Below, piece by piece: positions 54,591-64,000 of a stretch of DNA of 64,000 bases. Source of the stretch: Phoronis australis (Eukaryota; Animalia; Phoronida); the NCBI GenBank assembly GCA_002633005.1, contig NMRA01000173.1:573295-637294 (forward strand). The letters are read 5' to 3'. The position numbers were made by a program, and so were the translations under genes. The notes beneath the pieces were generated by a model that saw only the letters and a list, made by a program, of their open reading frames with translations, did not search any database and had not been told where the DNA came from. Each line of letters opens with the position of its first letter. The stretch's first letter is position 1.

Positions 54591-57500
54591 TTTGAAGGAA
54601 AATTGAATATTGCTTCAAAAACGTGCATCGATTATTTTCTGACCAGTCATCTCACGCCGCTGTTGCAATAGTGAACCTGCAAATAAAAGAAACATTTAAA
54701 TATATTAACAGGGTGGGAAATTGTATTATCCGCGGTGTGATGACCCGTTACAGTTGAATATCTGTTTTATTGTAACTCCATTTAGCCCCACGGTGTTATG
54801 ATATATAAATACAATTGGTGTTCTGAAAAACCTCTGAAATAGATTTTCATACCAAAATAAATGTGGATTTAATGTCTACTGTAGTTCTGAACACGCTTGA
54901 AAAGTCAAAGCTCAATTCTAGAATTTTTGCTATTCCCGGAGATTATTCTACCTCAAGGTTTGTGACGAACCGTTTGTTGCAATAACAACGGTAAATAATG
55001 AAATGATTAAAGGAGTTGCGGATAACTATGGGTTTGTCATTTTTGACGACTCGAGATAATGTGAACGGGGCTGTTATTGCCTGGTTTCAGTTAGGTTTCA
55101 TTTGTTATAAATCAATCGCTAACCACATTTCCTTATAATCACACTTTGCCGACTATACCAGCACATTAAATGTGACCTGCGCTCATCGCACCCCACTGCG
55201 TTGGTCGGCTAGGCAGGATCTTGTCGCTTTTATTCATCACAATCTTCCTTTCGCCATCGATAACACTAGACAAATTCAATCACGGCTGCGGCCAATGAAT
55301 ATCTACGCTGCTCTCCCGGCAGACGCGGATTCTTTAAAAAATAGCTTGTTACTTGAATAAAAAGTTTGTTTACCTGAACGCCGCCGAGAACGCCTAAATT
55401 TATTTCTGGTCCATCAGTTCGGTCTGAAACACTCCCTTGTAAGAAAACTCGTAGAGCCTACAGTTGTCTTTTTCGGATGGTCACCTTCAGCGAAATGAAC
55501 CCGATGTTTACTTGAACAATTGTTGTGACTGGCCACCGAAAATCAACATGGATTAATGTCACCTATTATTTATGTGACCAGCTACAACATATGCGTCACG
55601 ACACTTCTATATTTTGCCTGAAATGCGCTGGCCCCTATCAATGCCCCACTCGACGTTAAGTCAACAAACCCTATGATGCCCTCGAGGAAACACGACAAAG
55701 GAATTTCTATAGCCTATAAAAAGATTCCCTGAATACCGTTTTGTCCATAATGTGTAGTGTTTTCTTGTTTACAGCGCACTTTGTGATTTCAAGAAAAGTC
55801 CGTTTGTTTTGCCACAAAGCAAATTGTTCCCGCAAATTTGTTTTCCACCCTGTCGTTTTGATGTTCATTACACGGTTGTATTTGCCTTAGTTTATGTCGC
55901 AACAGCTACGCAAACCTGTCGCCCGCATTAACCCTATCAAGCGATAATGCTCCACTGAACTCGTTGTACATCCCTCTTCAGTGTGTTAGTGCCCAAGGTG
56001 TTCAGAATATGAAGAAAACATCTGTTACGTTCACCTGCCTCGATGTCAGAAAGGCGCGTTAAAACGCGCCACGGCTGTTTTATTAACAAAGGTTTTACAT
56101 ATCGTACGCCTTCCGGTAAAGTAAAATCTGGACCTCGCCGCGTTTGCTCATTCTCATTGGGCTGTAATACACTTTTCAAATCCTTTTTATTTGAATACAC
56201 TTTTCAAATCTTTTTTATTCATTATTAACAAGTGAAGAATCTTGCTTAGACAAACTAGATGTATGCCAAATTGTTAACTCTAGAATGGGAAAGTTTGCGT
56301 CATGTTTACATTTATTTAAAGTTGCATTTCTCCCGGCTGTTTAGCTCAAAACCAAAATGGTACTGTGCCTTTTACTGTCCTTACATGTGTTTCATGATTT
56401 TTCTTACCGTGGTGAGATCCATTCGAATTCGCAACTGAAAGTTTGACCAACCCAACCCCAATACAGTCTCAGTGAAGCATTCTCTCGAGTCGCAGCGGGT
56501 CCCAAACGGAATCGTATAACGGTAAGGAATGCGAGATAAATTTTTATTAAAGTCGAAGGCCTAATTCAATTTTCCACAGCTAAACAGGGCGAAATGCATC
56601 TTTTTAAAGTTCAAAGTTCAACACCTTGCTTGGAGCTTATAATTGGTTATTAACTCGCTGACTATTTACGGCTTACTCGTCTCTTCACTGGTGCATTATA
56701 ACGTACTATAAATATAATTCACATCATTAATAGTATTATCACATCGCACAACAGTTTAGCTTCTATGGCTCTAGAACTAATTGGTTTGTAGACGATTTTT
56801 TGTAAAGTTCAAGGTAGTTTGTCACGTGACTGAAATCATGTTCAGTTCCATTTTAACAACAGCAATTATTGAAAAAATGAGATCACTTACACAGATGCTT
56901 TCAGTATTTATACAACTTGTGTATCTCATCAGGCAAGAAGATCTACAACCCTCTCCAAACCTCCAGATCTCCCGAATTGTACTATAACTCCCTCCTTCGG
57001 TCTGCCGGTACTGTTTCTCCTTGTTTGGACCTATGTTTATCTTACGCCGTCATATTTGCTGCCATTTCACATCACTCCATTTATGACAGTGTCGGCGCAT
57101 TAAGCACTCGTTACTGAGGCGTAGAGTTTCCTTTCTCCGTGACTACTCATTCAATATTTCAAAGGGCAGATGTCGATTTCATATAGGCGCTCTTTTGAAG
57201 TCTTCCTAGGTAAATGTCACCTGTGCGAAAATTGTCACGAGAAATGATGCGATTGAAGTGGCTCGATCCGTTAACATTAAAAAGTAATCTATTCGTTTTC
57301 TCATTCCCTTGGATCCAATAAACTTAAATTTACTAGAAATCTAGCTTTCGTGAAGTTTGTTTATATCGATATGCAACTAAAAGATTCTAACTTCACGCCC
57401 AAATAGTGATGAGTCAAACGCAGACTGTAATCTAGCTTTTCCCGGAAGATGTCTCAGTTGTCGACATGATTGAGTAATTGAGTCAAGGAACGTTACACAA

Positions 57501-57804
57501 CATAGGCGGATTTAGGTGGTGAGGGTACCCCCCCTTGGCTGACGCAAGCAAAATTAAACAGCAACAGCGTGAAGCGTGAGGAAATATAGAGTTCAATAAC
57601 TAGGACCGGTAGCGGATGTGGGGGAGGGGGGCTCAGATCCCTTTTTTAGTCCACCGATAGATTTCCTGAACGGAAGGTCCCCATCCCAACCCCCGCAACT
57701 TTCGGGCCCCTGTGCACATACAATCGCGCTTCGAGCTTTGTCCAATTCCCCGAGGCAACATGTTGGGGCCGCCGTTATGGTATATCCTAGATCTGCCACG
57801 ACTG
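57501..57804. mobile_element. GGCGGAT-ended dispersed repeat, copy 3
   Basis: cataggcggatttagg ... cctagatctgccac; matches 40961-41248 directly and 2639-2941 in reverse complement. Confidence 0.78.
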
Positions 57805-60263
57805 CACAATGCGGCGTACCATAGGGGGCTGGAGGCTATAGCCCCCATTTATTTCAGTGCTGCGCCGCCCATGCAATGCTTAAAGTCCCCCCCCCCCCNC
57901 CCATGCGCCTATGCCTGAAATTTGGATCGATCCATCCGTCTCATTGAGATGCTTCAGTAGCCGCATTCTTTTCCTGAGCTTCCACATGTATTCCTAATCT
58001 TAAACTCAATTTTCTGCTACATTTCGTCGTCTTTTGGGCGTCAAAAACAAATTTAAACTGGATATTAGAATTAACTTGCCAGCTAAATTGAAACTGGTGG
58101 CCTGGAAACGGATTTATATCACCTTTCAAGCGTACATTTTTTGCTGGTTTCTTGGTCCTACTGATTTTATTACAGCTTCCATCCCACAAAGGCTGAGTTT
58201 GAATCAGTGTCGCTGTGCTGCACTCCGCAAAACAGCCTTCGTTTTATATAGTTCTTTTACTTTCTTAATTTGTTCTGGTCTCAAATTGTTCCATGCACAC
58301 TCGGACAAGAATTAAAAGGTTTCTGATCTTAGAATGAACAAACATTGAGGGCATGCTCGGCGCATAAAGTGACGCCCCGTGACAAGCCCGGCAACTTGTT
58401 ATTGAACCAGCTGTCTTACGGCGAGAAAAATCTAGCCAAAACTACGTGCTCTCGTTGAAAACACGGAAATATCTCGCGAAGTCTTGCTCGGAGGTCCTAG
58501 TCTACCGTGGAAGGGCTGCGACTGCCGTAGACACATTCAACATTAGCTTGCACTTTGCGGCGAAAATTCATCGCTTTAGTGGAACAGAAACATTGAATTC
58601 ACTTCTATAATTTTAATGACAACTTAAAAACACTTCAACCTCAACGACCATTCACTTCTGTGTCTGGCATTTCGCTACGATAGGCTATATAGTAAGCTTC
58701 CTTGCCGCAAAACACTACTTTTCACTACATTTTCGCGTGATTTTGCAGTAGACCTAAGTAGGTCTTTTGAACACAGCACATTTCTCTCAGTTCGATCCCG
58801 AGGGTTGTGGTCGTATTACCTCTAGTAATGATCGAAGTACAAACGTTGCAGGGAAATTGGGATCTCATATCGCCATAACCCAGGGGCTGTGTTCCGTAGT
58901 TGCAAGAACCCTGCGTTCACTGGGTTAACTTCGCGTCCCGATGTCCACGGTGCCTCTACTGACACCCATTACTTGTTCTTAAACGCAAACCATTCAAAAG
59001 CAGTTTAAGCAGTGAAATTGACAAATAGGGCCCAGTCCATAGGATGTTTTTTGGTGACTGGGGTAAAACTTTCTCACCCGGCTGAGCCTGGATATTTGAG
59101 CGTAAACGCAGTTGGCACACAGTATCACGCAAGACCTCGAGAAAGATCGCCAGCCATTGAACGCGAAGCGCATGATCACACTAAGTTTTGTCGCGAGTTA
59201 CTTAGGTCAACGTAACGTAACCCATGCGTGCGTTCCGTAGAGCCAAGAATCTAGCAAAACACACACTGACTTGCGACGCTTTACCGCACGTGATCACATT
59301 AACTTCCTCAGCGAGATCCTTGTGTTTGATGTACTATAGTCTGAGAAACTATTGTGGCTGGCTAAAATTTTTAATGAATATTTTTATTAGCTCGTCTTTA
59401 TGGGGAAATTGAGTGCACGACTGTGTTGATTGTAAGTAGATGCAGGTATAGTCATGAAGTCAACACAGTGTAGACTCTTGAATACGTAGGCCTTAATCCG
59501 GTGTCAAAACATCGAACTGTGGTTTCACCGCGTGCAGTTGTGCAAAACATCTGACAAAACATACTGAAAGTGTTTACCAAAACATCAACTTTTCGTATAA
59601 GGAAACGAGTCTAAATTTTGACATGTGACCTCATACCCGCGGAAAGATACTTAGGTTGGGGGTTTAAAGATAGCGATTTATTGGTGTTGTGCTATTTACA
59701 AAACAACTCGAGATGTCTATACTAAACATCTGAACATAGTTGGGATACTGTCAGTGTACTAATGTGCATCATAAAAACCTAAAACTGTAATTAAACTGCT
59801 TCACAGATAAGGTTGCTCCAATAGCATGTGAACATCCTCTCAACTTAGGATTTTATCTTTAAGTTGGGGTGTGACACGATATTACTGTGGTGTTGTATCC
59901 CAGGTGATCTCAAGTGACCGGACGGCATTACTTAATTGCATTTTCAGTAGATCGATGGTCTTCTAGTAGAAAATTAAGATACAGAAAAGAGGCCAAAGTA
60001 TTTGAAATGGCGACAGTTTAGGGACACCAAAATCGGACTACACCCAAAGTTAAGGAGTAGCAGTGAACACGTTTGAGATCTGGGAAAGTAGCCTACTAAA
60101 CGCTTGTGATTAATAACATGTGTGATGAATGAGACGTCCTGCGAACCTTTTCAGTCCTATAAGCAAGCTTATTTTATAATACTGTTATTAAAAGGGGGGT
60201 TTTTATTTTCACAAAACATTACTAAATATGCATTTAATACTGCGGGCAGCAGGCGCACATGTT

Positions 60264-60449
60264 CAGGTGGCGGATCTGGGGGGGGGGGCAACCAGTGGCG
60301 AATTTAGAGGGGCCGGGCCATGTCCCCCCCTAAAATTCTCCCAGATTCCATTTGGAAGTTTGGGGGTGCGAATGTCTGACGGGCAAAATCCTGGCTAATA
60401 CTCTGCCCTGCGTACCCCTCCTTAACTCAAAATCCTGGATCCGAACCAG
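60264..60449. mobile_element. Degenerate or nested GGCGGAT-type MITE remnants
   Basis: caggtggcggatctgggggg, cagtggcgaatttagagggg ... aaatcctggatccg. Confidence 0.5.
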
Positions 60450-63011
60450 GCAACCACAATTGGTTTCTAAGGAAATGTCCTCGTGAGCCAATAAACGTCA
60501 TGGTCATGGCACGCGGTGTATTTACATACTTAATGTCTTCGCAATGGGTGACCCGCTTGACTCGGTAAGTAAAATCAAAAAGATACAACGAGATACAAAA
60601 ACGATATCAACGCCCTTTATCGTGCAAATCTGTTTACATTAGCTAGTATTCACACCCGACCCCTAATCGGAATGTCTAATTCCCACTATTTGTCCAATTT
60701 ATCTATTCGCATTTGACAAGCACATGGGGCGCCGCATATTTTGCGAAGAATGCAGATTACCGTTCTAACTGTAACGTCTGACAGGGGACCTCTCTTTTAA
60801 TTATGTGGAAAAATGAATATACAACTCTCCATACCCTTGTAAACTATAGTTCATTAAATACAGGTAAATAACGCCAGACTTACTGGTTCACGGTTTTCCT
60901 ACGAGTCCATTACTAAGCTATACTGGTCGATATATTGACTGTATCTCTTCGTCGCTTAATAATTGTCTCATGTATTGACATATGCTATACATGGATCCAA
61001 ACCAATCAACTAGAGATAAATAGACTGGTAAATGAAACGGTATCAATCGACTTGAAATTACAAAAAAATGATCTTCTCAACCTTCTAAAACCCCAAAAAG
61101 TACTACTATGGTACTTGTTTTGGAAAGAGCGCTGCACAAGAAACCTGATTCGATCAAATGTATTTTACGAATTCTATGTACGTTTACTTATTTTCAAGAC
61201 GATTATATCAATACCAACAATATGAATGTATAGTCCAGCAACACCAGCACAAGCAAATGTGATGAAGGTGGCGAAGGTATTTAACAGAATCTTACCAGTA
61301 CGACACCTCGTCATCACCATGGTTCTGGTGTTCGGGACTTTCTCATCAATCTTCACAATAAACCACGCGTGATTTTAAAGTTCAGTTTACTTGCGTCGTG
61401 CTCGATGCGTATCAAACCCAGATAGGTAACGGCGTAGGTTACCCTGGGTAGTTTTGATACCCAGCGTGTGTTGCGTGCCGTATCTTATATTTCAATATCT
61501 CCACAAATGCGTCTCACGATTGTGTTAGTTTGAAGATGTGTCATCAACAGCTGTGCTTTTCACATCCTGAGTGATTTTTTACTTACTGGACTGCCGCTGT
61601 GGCTGCGCAAAATATGGTTGTTGCGACTAACTGTGAGGAACGGTTAAGGCCGGATCTGATCCCGTCAATTTGTTTCGTTCTGAGGAACCGCGGGTGCTAT
61701 TCGCAGACACTAAAATAGCTTTGCATGGCGAAACATTATCTGTCGAAACTTGAGTAAAAGCCAAAGGTCTGTAACTAACTCCCGAAAGCTAGTGCTTGAC
61801 TTTCCTGACTAAAGTCCACAAAACGAAAGCTCTAGCTCCCGCTTTTGCCCATAATTTATTTCTCAGCGACGTACTACCAATTCAAAAGAGATTCATGGGT
61901 TAAGTTTCAAAGCGAACTATTGGGCTTAGATCTCTGATTGATCTTTCTATCAGGCGTTTGTTTCATAAAAAATGAAAAATAACTAACATACAAGGTGTAG
62001 CAATTTAATTGTTAGCACATCACAGACTGGAAATAATTTATTCAATTATCCGTGGCAATCCTATTAACATCTAATGATTGAGAAAATATCTTTTTATGTT
62101 CGGCATATGTTCCGTGATGCACATGGATCATACATCAGTGAAACTGCTTCCAGAGATAAACATCAGATTTGGGTTCAAGTTGGCGAAATTGGTTACAATA
62201 CAAAGTACAGTCTCTCCGTCAAAAGGAATATCTGAGACAGCTCATGCGCCGACACTTTCTCTCCAATTCGCGAGGGTAGTGCTATTCCCGGAGTGGTGCG
62301 CCCTCGCCCTCCCTTAGTTGGTAAATCACTGAGCATTGGCGACATTCACATTTGGAATCACAGTGAACATAAGTTTATCAAACATTGCCTCCGAGCTTTT
62401 CCGCCTTTCATTCGTCATCCTCAACATCGCAAGCTCCCCTCACTCGGAAACTTGCTTCTCTGCTTGTCTCAACAGTTGTCTCACAAAGCGTCAGATTTGT
62501 TCACCCAAACACCCACTACACCCAGGCCTCTTTGATATACAAAATGTAAAACTTAAATCCCTGTTCACGCGAGAGGTTCGATATTTCACCGACTTGCCTG
62601 AACAGTTTTAAACTGTCACTGTTGGAAAATAATCCTCAGTTAGGGTCAATTTTTACGTTGTTCACGTGGGGTCATTTTTCACACGCAGGATCATTTTAAC
62701 GTTGAAAATGACCCTCAAAATTTAACGTTACACGACCCGGCTTTAAGATAAGGTGCCTATTTTTCCAAAATTGGCTTCAAAACTACGAAGTTCTACCCTT
62801 TCAAAATTCAAGCGAATTTCATTAGATGGCGGAGTCTGTCTGGACATGGACCGAATGGTGATCGTAGGGTATTGTTTTGAAGCTGAGGGTTAAAAAGAGA
62901 CTTTTCTAATCCTTGAAAATCAGTGGAATTGATGGGAATTGTAAGTCTTGATAAGTTGTGCAAATCATAATTTGCAGATATTACAAAAATATTGTATTGA
63001 AAACAGCACAA

Positions 63012-63854
63012 CTACCACATGAAAAACGGGCGACCATCTCTCCTTGATAGATACACCAAACAATCTAGCAGAATTAGCAAACTATTTCTCTCCGCTGGTG
63101 ACGCGTGTTTGTCCACCAAGTACCGGAGACAATCTTCAGAGTTCAGCTCCAGTGTTACATCCGGGTACTTGTCAGGAGCTACGTTCAGGAGGCCATATTT
63201 GTTGACCATCCGTATGGAGAAGTCGGCATGGTCCGGCAACCGGTAACCGTAGCGTCCTAGCGAGCAAAGTACCTCCGAATAACGCTGAGACAAGAGCTCC
63301 TAAGAGGAAACAAATCTTTTATTAAGCCTCAATAAACTCGCGTTCCGGCGAACAGACTTAATTTTGATCGTTTTATGTTTCAAAAGTAATGAATCGGCTG
63401 ACCGCGACTTTTTCTAGAAATCCATTTAATATTCAAAGTGAATAACTCTCACGCCAATATTCCCAAGAAATAGATTCACCACGATATGTTTAAAAGGTAT
63501 TTTTACAAGTTATCGTGTTCCATGTTTCTTAAAGAAAAAGTATCATAAACACGAAATAAGCATTTGTCTGCTGTGGGCGAGAGGTGGCGCAACTTGTTCA
63601 ACCTACCTTTTTCTTTTCGTCAACAGTCAGAGCGTCTGAGTCATAACTTTCTAGCCTTATCAAGTCTGGTATGCTGTTAATTGTGAATCCGTAAAACCGC
63701 CGTTTTGTTTTATTTACAGCTCCCGGTAATACGAAAATGTAGCTCAATATTCTTCTGTCCAACTGAAAAGCTATCTCCCCAAGGACACGCTTCTCAATTT
63801 TATCTCTTTTGCCTTTGCGACTGTCGTCTTTTCTTTCGGGCAAGAAGGAAGGCT
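63012..63854 (-). CDS. SPATC1L: Speriolin / SPATC1L-like protein, last two exons (5' part outside window)
   Basis: Exons 63854-63607 and 63299-63012 join in phase 0. [36 protein letters not shown]...[15 protein letters not shown] and [22 protein letters not shown] match the speriolin C-terminal domain. Confidence 0.88.
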
Positions 63855-64000
63855 CTGAAAGTATGAATGTTTTCATTTGCCTTGACCTGAACATTCAGAT
63901 TAAAACCATGCAGAATTTCGAAACGAAATCAAAGTTGATAAAATATTTCGCCGTTTTTTAAATAACACGATTGCTAAATGAACGGAAAATTTTTTGACAC

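Noticed and set aside
57405-57435. gtgatgagtc...gac as a hammerhead core or C/D snoRNA
   Set aside because: Lacks the CUGA start and GAAA, and no matching D box with terminal stem was seen.
57886-57902. Poly-C run containing an N
   Set aside because: Ambiguous base in a homopolymer within a repeat remnant; no flanking duplication, unlike 8610.

Overview
Eukaryotic, intron-rich, AT-rich animal DNA (probably a marine invertebrate; taxon is inferred, not provable here). It has no prokaryotic operons or CRISPR arrays, and most track ORFs are spurious or are single exons. Manual splicing with phase checks gives eight genes: an unidentified EGF-repeat single-pass membrane protein (+, 5'-partial, one GC-AG intron), TLCD3/FAM57 (-), SGF29/CCDC101 (+), RAD1 (-), RWDD4 (+), ADAT1 (+), a 532-aa SH3-domain protein with an intronless CDS (-), and the 3' end of a speriolin/SPATC1L-like gene (-). 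TLCD3/SGF29 and RAD1/RWDD4 are head-to-head. Introns hold many MITEs and minisatellites. A ~860-bp duplication across a single N is probably an assembly artefact. The most notable non-obvious element is a ~500-bp non-coding LTR retroelement (TRIM) in ADAT1 intron 1. Its 152-bp TG...CA LTR contains a TATA-like box plus a tRNA-like A/B-box cassette, followed by a tRNA-Ser primer-binding site and a polypurine tract.
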